Below are positions 45,618 to 54,361 of a stretch of 64,000 nucleotides of DNA, piece after piece. The position numbers and the translations under genes were made by a program. Under the pieces are notes generated by a model. The model saw only the letters and a program-made list of their open reading frames with translations. It was not told the origin of the DNA and searched no databases. The first letter of the stretch is position 1, and each line of letters opens with the position of its first letter. The stretch lies in IMG/VR virus record IMGVR_UViG_3300019458_000021, positions 62,001 through 126,000 of that record; one strand, given 5' to 3'.

Positions 45618-45991
45618 CAACGTTATATTTTGACGCTAATCTCAGACAGGAAGAGGCACCAATGTTGCCACGATTGCCTGTAGATACATTCCGACAACCA
45701 GATGTTGATACGGTTGTTGCACGTGATGTTGAAAGGATTATAACATTTCGACGGATGCCAGACCCGCTTTCCTACCGAGCCCGATACACGGTTGGAGGAG
45801 TTACGGTGTATGCAAAAGTACGAAAATGGCAAGTTGTCTCAAAAACAGCCGACGACGATTTCCAAGCCCGTTGGTATGATTGGATTGCTATAGACGACAA
45901 CAACTATCACGAAATTGACTGGTACCTTGAAGGATGTGTTCATCCTTTGATACATGATCCTAGACTAAGTGGTTTCGTGTTCCATGAATAA
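45614..45991 (+). CDS. Hypothetical protein
   Basis: 125-aa ORF coupled by ATGA overlap to gp46. Confidence 0.6.
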   Translation: MTTLYFDANLRQEEAPMLPRLPVDTFRQPDVDTVVARDVERIITFRRMPDPLSYRARYTVGGVTVYAKVRKWQVVSKTADDDFQARWYDWIAIDDNNYHEIDWYLEGCVHPLIHDPRLSGFVFHE

Positions 45992-46018
45992 TAAATATAC
46001 ACATATACGGAGAAATGC

Positions 46019-46333
46019 ATGAAACTTGACGAGCTCTTGTCCGAAAATGTGGTGTGGACGGACACTCTGGGACACCTAGTTGATCAAGCGGTCCACTACC
46101 ATTCACAAAACCCTCACGATGATGCAGCTCGAATTCTTCGCCACTACATCGCTCCAATGTTAAGTCACGCTCATGATCATCCGGCCGACATTGATGATCC
46201 TGAAGCATTTCGGACAGCTGTTCATACCCTTCAAACAAACTTTCCTAACCCTGTTGCGGATAGTTTGAAACAGGTCGTACATTTCCTGCATAACGCTATG
46301 CCTTACTACAAGGAAAGTGACAAGGGGATTTGA
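46019..46333 (+). CDS. Hypothetical late protein
   Basis: 104 aa; ATAAATA 45991-45997 and SD GGAG upstream; N-terminus MKLDELLSE. Confidence 0.65.
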   Translation: MKLDELLSENVVWTDTLGHLVDQAVHYHSQNPHDDAARILRHYIAPMLSHAHDHPADIDDPEAFRTAVHTLQTNFPNPVADSLKQVVHFLHNAMPYYKESDKGI

Positions 46334-46365
46334 ATCCCTAAATAGTTCTCCATACGGAGAGCTAT

Positions 46366-46959
46366 ATGCAGAAGAAAGTATTCATGGGGATTGATCAATC
46401 CTACACAAGTTGTGGTGTTGTGTTAATCAACGAACAGAAAGAAGTTCTCAATTGCTATCGTATCACGTCTTCAAAAACTGACGACATATACCAACGCGCG
46501 CAGACGATCACTAACACAGTCAGTTCCTTGATTCAAAAGCATGACCCATACGTGATTGGTCTCGAAGGATTGGCATTTTCGAATTTCGGTAATGCCACAC
46601 GAGATCTCGCCGGCCTTCAATTTTGCCTGGTTCAGCGAATCCGTTACTACCACAATCACCACTACGGACCTGTTATAGTCGCTCCTAAGGAACTAAAGAA
46701 ATATGCATTCAAGGGCAACGCAACCAAAGACAACATGGTTGACAAACTCCCACAAGCCGTGTTAGACTTGTTCAAGGAGCACAACTTCAAGAAGACAACA
46801 GGGTTGTATGATGTAACTGATGCCTATTGGATTGCGTGCTATGCACAAGACAAACACAGACCCGACCAGACCTCCTCGTTATATTTCGTTTTTGATTCAC
46901 TAGTAGATCCGAAGCATTTCACAGCAGAACAGATCAGACAAGCAGTCCTCGACCTCTGA
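46366..46959 (+). CDS. ruvC: RuvC-like Holliday junction resolvase
   Basis: Reads ATG CAG AAG on the + strand at 46366; GIDQSYTSCG, IGLEG, PKELKK..KGNA.K, DVTDAYWIA; TAAATA at 46339-46344. Confidence 0.88.
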   Translation: MQKKVFMGIDQSYTSCGVVLINEQKEVLNCYRITSSKTDDIYQRAQTITNTVSSLIQKHDPYVIGLEGLAFSNFGNATRDLAGLQFCLVQRIRYYHNHHYGPVIVAPKELKKYAFKGNATKDNMVDKLPQAVLDLFKEHNFKKTTGLYDVTDAYWIACYAQDKHRPDQTSSLYFVFDSLVDPKHFTAEQIRQAVLDL

Positions 46960-47274
46960 AACAAACAGATCAAATAGAAACATAGCCGAACAAACCCTAA
47001 CTGTCGGTGGCGTAGGAACAGAGTCCGTCTCTCGAGCCTCAGGAACGATGTCCTGAAAGTTGACCCGCTTGGGAGTGAAGCCCCCTTCACTCATGATTCA
47101 ACGTTTTGCGTCGCAGTTCTACCGCACTGTCGCGCGTGTTCATAAAACACAAAAAGGAGCGGTATGGTGTATCTTTTCAATATTGAAAAGAGAAATGATA
47201 GACGAGAACGTGAGCGTTCCAACGAACGCAGTGAGGAAGGACGCGAACAGTTCTGCTTCGCGTCAGCGAAGCAA
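46960..47274. other. Hairpin-dense non-coding region (candidate origin or structured RNA)
   Basis: Largest intergenic gap in the window, with at least seven inverted repeats including a perfect 20-bp palindrome (47172-47191). Confidence 0.6.
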
Positions 47275-47463
47275 TCAATATTGTGGATACATCTTTTTCG
47301 CTTCAACTTCGAGCCGTTTTTCAATAAACTCTACCATTCGCTGACGTTCAATAGCTGTTGTAACAAACATTGAGTCATACTGGACAGCACCACGCATGAA
47401 GTAGGAAATCTCTACCAATCGATCGATGATGCCTTCGCGCTCAGATTCCATCCGACTAAACAT
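47275..47463 (-). CDS. Small baseplate hub assembly protein (gp51-like)
   Basis: LVEISYFMRG..Y.....ER..M.EFIE.R pattern; follows the gp26-like gene; the frame stays open back to a CTG overlapping the upstream stop. Confidence 0.6.
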   Translation of the reverse strand: MFSRMESEREGIIDRLVEISYFMRGAVQYDSMFVTTAIERQRMVEFIEKRLEVEAKKMYPQY

Positions 47464-47498
47464 TTTTCGAATGTCATCATCAGTTCCTATTCTGAGCG

Positions 47499-48293
47499 TC
47501 AGGTAAAAAAACTTACTGGGTTGGCATTGATGTAAAGTTCAATCGCACCACCGCAATCGAGACATGCTCGGTGAACAATTCCATCCACGCCCCATTGACT
47601 GACTCGTTGAGCTGCTTGTTCAATCTGTCTTTTCCAACCGAGAGGAACCGCTAGAACCCACTGGCGAATCTGATCTTTGTCTGTGATTGTATCAACTGAT
47701 CGAATTACACCGGTGATTGTATCAACGACAAGTTTGATCGCTTCTTCTTCTGTCAGTTCGTTACGTTTCGTTAAAGCGGTCGTTTGATAAAGCTCAACGA
47801 TATGCTGGTATGTCAACGGTTTCAGAGTCACAACCTGTCCATTTGTCATCGTAAGCCTGTATTCATCTTTCACGATAGTCGGATCGACCATCTTTGCCGA
47901 ACGGATGATTTCGTTCAGGTCAATCTGATACGAGTGTTTCTTGGCGTGTTCACAATCATGCGTGAAGAATGCCTCCATTGTTCCTTCAAAAGATACCATT
48001 CGGAGGCAAATCATCAAATAGTCGACGTCCTTCGAAAGTAGTTCGGTTGGCTTGAGAATTTGTGGAATACAGCGCGAGAATACTTCAACAATAGCTTTGC
48101 CAGATAGAAGTTTGTCTGGCGTGCTAAACACAATCTCATCCATTGCGGTCATTGGATACACTTCAAGTTCACCATGCTTAACGTCCGGCGCAAGTTCGCC
48201 GTTCTCGTAGAACAAACCTTGCGACGGTAACTTAAAAGTTGCGCCAGGGATACGCAATTTTTCCATCAATGGATTTTCGTGGGTTTCACTCAT
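47499..48293 (-). CDS. Baseplate hub assembly chaperone (gp26-like)
   Basis: NPL..LR.P...KLPSQG.FY, YPMTAMDEI...TPD.LL.G, DVDYLMI.LR, C.H and CLDC. Confidence 0.8.
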   Translation of the reverse strand: MSETHENPLMEKLRIPGATFKLPSQGLFYENGELAPDVKHGELEVYPMTAMDEIVFSTPDKLLSGKAIVEVFSRCIPQILKPTELLSKDVDYLMICLRMVSFEGTMEAFFTHDCEHAKKHSYQIDLNEIIRSAKMVDPTIVKDEYRLTMTNGQVVTLKPLTYQHIVELYQTTALTKRNELTEEEAIKLVVDTITGVIRSVDTITDKDQIRQWVLAVPLGWKRQIEQAAQRVSQWGVDGIVHRACLDCGGAIELYINANPVSFFT

Positions 48294-48314
48294 ACAGATC
48301 TCCTTAACACTGAG

Positions 48315-48344
48315 TATTTACAAAAGGGAAGCGTCCGATAAATA
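48315..48344. promoter_or_regulatory. Divergent pair of late promoter motifs
   Basis: TATTTA 48315-48320 (minus strand) and ATAAATA 48338-48344 (plus strand). Confidence 0.65.
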
Positions 48345-48366
48345 CGCGGTATGAAGGGGTATTTTG

Positions 48367-50430
48367 ATGGCGGAAGCTAACATCGCAACACAACAAATCG
48401 CAGCTTTGGCTGAATCGTCACGGCAATTGGTTGCCGCGCACAACGCTGAACTGAAGGCGATGAAGCAGTACACAGATGCGCTGAATCAGTCAACAGAAGC
48501 GTTAGAAGCTTACGAGTTGGAGTTGACGAAGGGTCAAGAACTGACGGACGATGAAAACAAACTCCTTCAAAAAGCCCTTGTTGCAAAGCAAAAAGAACTG
48601 CAGATCACCAACAGCCTGAACGCAGCAAACAAGCGACTTCAGGACATGCTTCAGCAGCGCCACAAAATTGCTAAAGAGGATCCAACACTTGGAAAGGTTC
48701 ACAACAGACTTATCCGCGAGCAGATCCAACAGATCAGAACACTGAAGTCCTCTCAGGCTGCCGCTTCCGCTGGTTCCGCGGCGTCCGCTGCCCAGTTTGC
48801 AAAAATGATGAGTGGAGCCGTTGTAGCGCTTCGAGTTTTCACCGGCATTTTGGGCATCATCGTTGGTGCGATACTGGGTCAGTATGAACTCCAAAAGAAG
48901 TTGATGGTCGCCAACCAAGGATTCATCGAAGGAACTGACAACGCAACCCAAGCGTTGATGCGTCAACAAGAACTTGCAACACTTCGTGCGAAAGTTGAAC
49001 CAGTTGAATTTGCTAAAATCATTACATCATCTCGACAAATGGTCAACGCGTTAGGTGGTAATGCAAAGGTAGTTGATTTGTTGTCTGAATCACAACATGC
49101 ATTATATGCAATGACCGGCAACTTCGCCGATGCATTGAAAGCAGCAAACGATATCGCACAATCATTGATCTATAGTGGTTTCCGTCCAACGCAACAAGCA
49201 ATGGAAGCGTATATCCGCGACCTGAAAGACCTTCACATCCTCACAGGTAGAACCGAAGCAGAGCTTCGAGGAATGTTTGACGAGATTGCTAAAGATACCG
49301 ATTCACTCACGTTGTTGCGAGCAGCTCGAGAAGATGAACGTGAAGCAATCCTTGCATCACAACGAGCATTATTTAAGTTGGGTGTTGAAGCTGGTATGAC
49401 GGCTGAACAAGCTCGAGATGCGGCAAAGATGTTGAACAAGATGGTTGCCGCGAAGCCGCTGGAGCGTATTAAACAAGCAGCGAAAATGCGCGCATTTGGT
49501 GCAGCATTCGGTATTGCTGGAAGTGAAGAAGCAGCACGAGCAGTTCTAGCCGGACCAAGAGCAACAGCTGATCAGAAAAAGTCCCTGCAACAATTTAGCA
49601 TGGCGGCAACAAGCTTCGCCGATCAAGCACGAGGTGCAGGCATGGCAACAGAAATTGCTGTAACAACTCTCCTTGACAAGCTTGACCTTGAGCAGTATTA
49701 CGGACCTGGCAGCACATTTTCAACAACGTTAGGACAACAATTGCAAAACAATGCGGGTGATTTGCTGAAACAGTTCATTGACATTGCAAAGGATCCGCTC
49801 GCTAAAGTCGTACAGACAGAAGAATGGGCAAGAACACTTGTTGAATGGGCTGCTGTAAGTGGTGGTTGGTTAGCAATTATATCAAACCACTTGAAAGACA
49901 TTCTCGAAGCGGTTAGGGGTATGTGGGCTTCAATCAAACATGGGTTCGGTTGGGTAGGGGACAAAATGGCTGAATTCTGGCTCGGGTTCAAATCAGTATT
50001 TCTTGAGATGTTCTATGGACTTGCTGAGGCACTGGGTAAAGTTCCTGGTTTAGGTTCACTAACTGAATGGGCAACCGAGGGCAGAAAGAACCTAGATAAA
50101 GAGGCGTTGCGTATTGGTGCAAGTACTCAACCAATTGGTGATAGATCTGCGCTCGTGAAGAAAGAGCGTGAACTAGAAGAGCGCCAGAGGAAACTTGAAC
50201 AGCGGACTACCGCTGCTCCGGTTGAAAACAAACAGGTTGTTGATGAAGCGAAGAAAACGAATAACACACTTGAGAAGCAAAACGCACTGATGGAAGAAGG
50301 TAACGCTATTGCGAAGAAGACGCTCGAGCAAGCGACAACATCTGCAGCTGAAATCAAAGCACGACTTGAAGAAGCGGCAAGAATGGATGCGGCGAAACGA
50401 GGTCTCTCTTATCACGATCTCGTTCGGTAA
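48367..50430 (+). CDS. Probable tail tape measure protein
   Basis: ~687 aa, Ala/Leu/Gln-rich helical, hydrophobic segment FTGILGIIVGAILG, W/F-periodic segment near the C-terminus; next to gp26/gp51. Confidence 0.75.
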   Translation: MAEANIATQQIAALAESSRQLVAAHNAELKAMKQYTDALNQSTEALEAYELELTKGQELTDDENKLLQKALVAKQKELQITNSLNAANKRLQDMLQQRHKIAKEDPTLGKVHNRLIREQIQQIRTLKSSQAAASAGSAASAAQFAKMMSGAVVALRVFTGILGIIVGAILGQYELQKKLMVANQGFIEGTDNATQALMRQQELATLRAKVEPVEFAKIITSSRQMVNALGGNAKVVDLLSESQHALYAMTGNFADALKAANDIAQSLIYSGFRPTQQAMEAYIRDLKDLHILTGRTEAELRGMFDEIAKDTDSLTLLRAAREDEREAILASQRALFKLGVEAGMTAEQARDAAKMLNKMVAAKPLERIKQAAKMRAFGAAFGIAGSEEAARAVLAGPRATADQKKSLQQFSMAATSFADQARGAGMATEIAVTTLLDKLDLEQYYGPGSTFSTTLGQQLQNNAGDLLKQFIDIAKDPLAKVVQTEEWARTLVEWAAVSGGWLAIISNHLKDILEAVRGMWASIKHGFGWVGDKMAEFWLGFKSVFLEMFYGLAEALGKVPGLGSLTEWATEGRKNLDKEALRIGASTQPIGDRSALVKKERELEERQRKLEQRTTAAPVENKQVVDEAKKTNNTLEKQNALMEEGNAIAKKTLEQATTSAAEIKARLEEAARMDAAKRGLSYHDLVR

Positions 50431-50434
50431 CGAA

Positions 50435-50441
50435 ATAAATA
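50435..50441 (+). promoter_or_regulatory. Late promoter motif
   Basis: ATAAATA 24 nt upstream of the portal ATG. Confidence 0.65.
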
Positions 50442-50464
50442 ATCCTTGATATAAAGGCACATAC

Positions 50465-52159
50465 ATGGCAAAGTTCGTAGACTTCTTCAAAGTTGTCCAG
50501 CCAAAAACTGGCACAACGACAATGACCGATAGTCAAAGCATTGGCGATCAAGGCGTCTATGCAAACTACTCATGGTACCAGCGACTGATTCAAGGATCTG
50601 CCTCTCGTATTACACGTTACCGTGAATATGATTTGATGGACAACGACGTTGAAGTAGCTCGAGCACTGGATACGATTGCAGAAGAAATGACAGGATCTAA
50701 TCCACAACTTGAAATGCCGCTAGAACTCAACATCAAGATGGAGAAGCAAGAGTCAATCCCTTCATCCGTTGTTATGACGTTGAAATCTGCCCTTAGTTAT
50801 TGGTGTGATCTCCATGAATGGGAAACCCGTTTATTTCCCGTAGCTCGTAACTCGATCAAATATGGGGACTGTTTCTTTCGTCGCAAGACGGACACGAAGA
50901 AGTGGGAATACATTCATCCTAAGAACGTTGTTGCAGCAATTGTTGACGAAAATGATATGACGCGAGTGCTTGGATGGCAAATCAAGCAAGACATTAAAGT
51001 GCCGAACTCGCCCTACAATGCTCCTGTCGGTCATTTTGGGAAGTATAGTGAAACACAAGTAGACACATACAGTGCAGATGAGATTGTGTGGTTCACATTG
51101 AACAATGATCTCGGTGAGCAAGCGCCATTTGGTGATAGCGTGCTTCGTGCTATTTACCGTGCACAAAAGCAGAAGGAACTGCTGGAAGATGCAATCATCA
51201 TCTATCGTATCCAGCGTGCTCCTGAACGTCGTGTTTTCTACATCGATGTTGGAAAGATGCCACCACAACGCGTTAAGACGTATCTTGAACAAATCAAGAA
51301 CGAAATCCGCCAGAAGAAAATTCCAACATATGGTGGGGGTGTTGAACAAGTTGATAGTGTTTACAACCCACACAGTATGAATGAGGACTTCTTTTTTGCA
51401 CAACGTCAAGAAGGTAAGGGCTCACGCGTTGAAGTTCTACCAGGGGGACAAGGTCTCGGCGAACTTGCCGATCTCGAATACTTCCAATGGAAAGTCTTTC
51501 GTGGTCTTCGGATTCCTCTGTCATACATGAGAGAAGGCCAAGATAATGCCATCTTTAATGATGGCAACACTGGTATTGCATACATCCAAGAATTGCGATT
51601 CGCTTTATTTGTGAAGCGTCTGCAGCGCTATGTTGAACGTGTTCTTGACAAGGAGTTCAAGCGCTATCTCCACGCTGCAGGAATCAACATCGATACAGCT
51701 ATTTTCAACATTAAGCTGCCAGATCCGGAAAACTTTGGCATCTACAAGCAGCAGAAGCTCGATAGTGAGTTGCTTAATACAATGTCAACGGCGCAGGCTA
51801 TTACATCACTTTCTGCACGATTTGCAGAGAAGAAGTACCTGCAGCTTACAGACGAAGAAATCATCACCAACTATCGTCAGAAGTGCGAAGAGTTGCAGCT
51901 TGATCCAGAAGATTCTGCAAGCATGCCGAAGGTCTACGGTCCACCACCAACTGAAGGAGGTTTGGTAGCTGGTGGCCTTGGAGGTGGTCCAGGCATGTTC
52001 CCAGGAACGCTTGGAGGAGTTGGAGGCGCTCCTGGCATGGAAACCGGTGGTTTAGGTGGTGAAATGGGTGGTCAGCTTCCAGCAGGAGGTCCGGAAACTC
52101 AAACTGCTGGACCCGCACAACTCCCTGGAAATACAGGTGGAATGACGCCGCCTCAGTAA
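50465..52159 (+). CDS. gp20: Portal protein (T4 gp20-like)
   Basis: RYREYDLM...EVARALD.IAEE, LLEDAIIIYRIQRAPERRVFYIDVGKMP, EDFFF..R..G.GS.VE.LPGG, LRIPLSY. Confidence 0.97.
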   Translation: MAKFVDFFKVVQPKTGTTTMTDSQSIGDQGVYANYSWYQRLIQGSASRITRYREYDLMDNDVEVARALDTIAEEMTGSNPQLEMPLELNIKMEKQESIPSSVVMTLKSALSYWCDLHEWETRLFPVARNSIKYGDCFFRRKTDTKKWEYIHPKNVVAAIVDENDMTRVLGWQIKQDIKVPNSPYNAPVGHFGKYSETQVDTYSADEIVWFTLNNDLGEQAPFGDSVLRAIYRAQKQKELLEDAIIIYRIQRAPERRVFYIDVGKMPPQRVKTYLEQIKNEIRQKKIPTYGGGVEQVDSVYNPHSMNEDFFFAQRQEGKGSRVEVLPGGQGLGELADLEYFQWKVFRGLRIPLSYMREGQDNAIFNDGNTGIAYIQELRFALFVKRLQRYVERVLDKEFKRYLHAAGINIDTAIFNIKLPDPENFGIYKQQKLDSELLNTMSTAQAITSLSARFAEKKYLQLTDEEIITNYRQKCEELQLDPEDSASMPKVYGPPPTEGGLVAGGLGGGPGMFPGTLGGVGGAPGMETGGLGGEMGGQLPAGGPETQTAGPAQLPGNTGGMTPPQ

Positions 52160-52186
52160 AAAAGTAGCCAAATCAACAAGGTAGAA

Positions 52187-52193
52187 ATAAATA
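52187..52193 (+). promoter_or_regulatory. Late promoter motif
   Basis: ATAAATA upstream of the prohead core gene. Confidence 0.6.
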
Positions 52194-52248
52194 ACCACGA
52201 ATCACCTAAACCGGTGAGTTTAACTGTTGTTTCCACAAGGAGCAGACA

Positions 52249-52590
52249 ATGAACAAAGAAATGAAGGACAACCTTGGCAAGGTGATCAACAGTCTTGTCA
52301 ATGACGATAGCAAGACTGCATCTGATTCACTTCACGAGTATCTTCGTGCAAAGGCTCAGTCTATCATCCTCGGCGAAGAACATGATATGGATGAGAAGCC
52401 AGAAATGAAGGACGAGGAAGACGTGGATGAGAAGCCAGAAATGAAAGCTGATGCTGACGACGCAGATGAAGATGCTGATGACGAACCTGTCGATGGCGAT
52501 GATGACGAACCTGTCGATGGCGATGATGACGACGTTGACATGGAAGAGGAAGAGAAGTCTAAGAAGTCCAAGAAGAAGGACAAGAAGTAA
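52249..52590 (+). CDS. Acidic prohead core protein (gp67/gp68-like)
   Basis: Between portal and protease; helical N-terminus then D/E-rich tail; SD AAGGAG. Confidence 0.7.
   Translation: MNKEMKDNLGKVINSLVNDDSKTASDSLHEYLRAKAQSIILGEEHDMDEKPEMKDEEDVDEKPEMKADADDADEDADDEPVDGDDDEPVDGDDDDVDMEEEEKSKKSKKKDKK
52388..52532 (+). repeat. Coding direct/tandem repeats in the prohead core gene
   Basis: 22-bp TGGATGAGAAGCCAGAAATGAA at 52388 and 52424; 24-bp GATGACGAACCTGTCGATGGCGAT tandem at 52477 and 52501. Confidence 0.85.
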
Positions 52591-52607
52591 TCCTTTAAGG
52601 ACGTACC

Positions 52608-53249
52608 ATGAACAAGAAAGAGATTGTGCTTCTTATTGAATCGCTTCTCCCTTCAGAAAGCAACATGGTTTGTGAAACATCCGCTGACGGTAAGTCTTAC
52701 TGGCTTAACGGCACAATGATGCAATCAAATATCAAAAACCGTAACGGTCGTGAATATCCGCTCACTGAGATTACCTCGGCCGTTGAATCTGCTATCAAAC
52801 AGATCAATGAATACGGTCTGATGGGAGAGCTAGACCACCCACAAACGCTTCAAATCAACCTTGATCGTGTTTCACATAAGATCACTGAAATGAAGATGGT
52901 GAATGGCAACGCAATCGGTAAGGCTCAACTACTTGATACACCAATGGGTAAAATTGCACAAGAGTTTGTCCGTGCAGGTCTCCGTCCAGGTTTTTCGAGT
53001 CGTGGTGCTGGTAATGTCAACGAAAGCGGCGGTGTATCAGGCTTCCAATTTGTCACAGTGGATATCGTGGCGCAGCCATCTGCCCCAGGAGCATATCCAG
53101 AAAGTGTGTATGAAAGCCTTGATCGCAGCAGAACGGGTCGTAATGTGTTAACTCTTGCTGAAGCAGTTCGAAATGATCCTCAAGCACAAAAATTCCTTAA
53201 GGACGAAGTGCTTAAGTTCCTTTCAAGTGTGAATTGGCGCAAAGGCTAA
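52608..53249 (+). CDS. gp21: Prohead protease (gp21-like)
   Basis: MQSNIKNRNGREYP, GELDHP, INLDRVSH.I, LDTPMG.I, GFSSRGAG, VDIVA.PSAPGAY. Confidence 0.96.
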   Translation: MNKKEIVLLIESLLPSESNMVCETSADGKSYWLNGTMMQSNIKNRNGREYPLTEITSAVESAIKQINEYGLMGELDHPQTLQINLDRVSHKITEMKMVNGNAIGKAQLLDTPMGKIAQEFVRAGLRPGFSSRGAGNVNESGGVSGFQFVTVDIVAQPSAPGAYPESVYESLDRSRTGRNVLTLAEAVRNDPQAQKFLKDEVLKFLSSVNWRKG

Positions 53250-53341
53250 ATCCGGAAACTAAGGAAGAGAATAACACGTTGATTTAACTCGGGATTTTCT
53301 GTATAGATTACAAGTTTCGTGCAGGAATGCGGATTTACCGC

Positions 53342-53347
53342 TAAATA
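53342..53347 (+). promoter_or_regulatory. Late promoter motif for scaffold/capsid
   Basis: TAAATA upstream of SD AAGGAG and ATG 53386. Confidence 0.65.
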
Positions 53348-53385
53348 AATCCCACAAGGAACAACTTGTTACCAAGGAGATTTAC

Positions 53386-54336
53386 ATGGATGAGCTGCTT
53401 AAGAAACTGCTTGCTGCTGAAGTCCTGACGGAAGACACCCGCAAGGAACTTGAAGCTGCATTCAAGCAGAAGATCGACGAAGAAGCAAAGAAGGCCCGCG
53501 AAGAGGCAACAGTTGCAGTCAACGCAGAACTCCACGAAAAGTGGACACAAGAGCGTGACACTCTGATTGAAGCTCTCGATGCAAAGGTCAGCGAAGTTCT
53601 GAAAGAAGAGCTTGCAGAGCTGAAAGATGACATCGACCGTTTCCGCGATCTTGAAGCTGAATACGCAGAAAAGCTCGTCGAAGCAAAGGGTGAAATGGCT
53701 GATGGTCTCAAGAAGGACATGGACGCTCTCATCGAGAAGCTGGACAAGTTCCTTGAAATCCGCCTGACAAAAGAACTCGAAGAACTCCACGAAGACATCG
53801 AAACACAGCGCAAAAAGAACTTTGGTAAGCGTGTATTTGAAGCATTCGTTGATGAGTTCAAAAAGCACTACGCAGCAGATGACAGCGTAGAAGGCAAACT
53901 TCACGAAACAGAGCAACAGCTTGCAGACGCTCTCAAGGCTCTCGAAGAGTCCGAGAAGAAGTCCGCTAAGCTTGAGCGCGCAAAGAAGATGGACGAAGTC
54001 CTGAAGCCTCTCTCAGGTCGCTCACGAGAGGTGATGGAAGCTATCCTCAAGAACGTCGACACTCCTATGCTCGAGGATGCATACAAGACTTACGTAGGTA
54101 AGGTCTTGAAGGAAACGACAGCCGTCGAGCCAAAAACCGACGACAAGAAAACTTCAGAGAAGGAAACTCCAGTACTAGCTGAAGGTGAGAAGAAGAGCGA
54201 AACCAAGCCGCAAGGCGTAACAAAGACCGGCGATGACAATGAGCGTATCACAGAGGGTGCTAAGCTCGACCAACCAGCAGGCAAGCTCTCGGAAGAGAAC
54301 AAAGCCAAGCTGCGTCATCTTGCAGGCATTAAGTAA
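53386..54336 (+). CDS. gp22: Prohead scaffold protein (gp22-like)
   Basis: Highly charged coiled coil between protease and capsid; ends RHLAGIK. Confidence 0.88.
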   Translation: MDELLKKLLAAEVLTEDTRKELEAAFKQKIDEEAKKAREEATVAVNAELHEKWTQERDTLIEALDAKVSEVLKEELAELKDDIDRFRDLEAEYAEKLVEAKGEMADGLKKDMDALIEKLDKFLEIRLTKELEELHEDIETQRKKNFGKRVFEAFVDEFKKHYAADDSVEGKLHETEQQLADALKALEESEKKSAKLERAKKMDEVLKPLSGRSREVMEAILKNVDTPMLEDAYKTYVGKVLKETTAVEPKTDDKKTSEKETPVLAEGEKKSETKPQGVTKTGDDNERITEGAKLDQPAGKLSEENKAKLRHLAGIK

Positions 54337-54361
54337 TCTCACTTAGCTAGGAGCTAAAACA

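Noticed and set aside
46839-47373. Short ORFs across the hairpin region (46900-47094, 47060-47344, 47091-47324, 47164-47373)
   Set aside because: They are mutually overlapping, show no recognisable motifs and run through multiple palindromes; more likely incidental, though not excluded.
52388-52532. Short direct repeats as a mini-CRISPR or regulatory array
   Set aside because: They are in-frame (36- and 24-nt periods), only two copies each, and encode the acidic tail of the core protein.
50831-53916. Long antisense ORFs opposite portal and scaffold, and similar ones opposite tail genes (e.g. 20693-21349, 29262-30020)
   Set aside because: Shadow frames expected from the codon bias of the sense genes; no SD, promoter or protein-like motifs.
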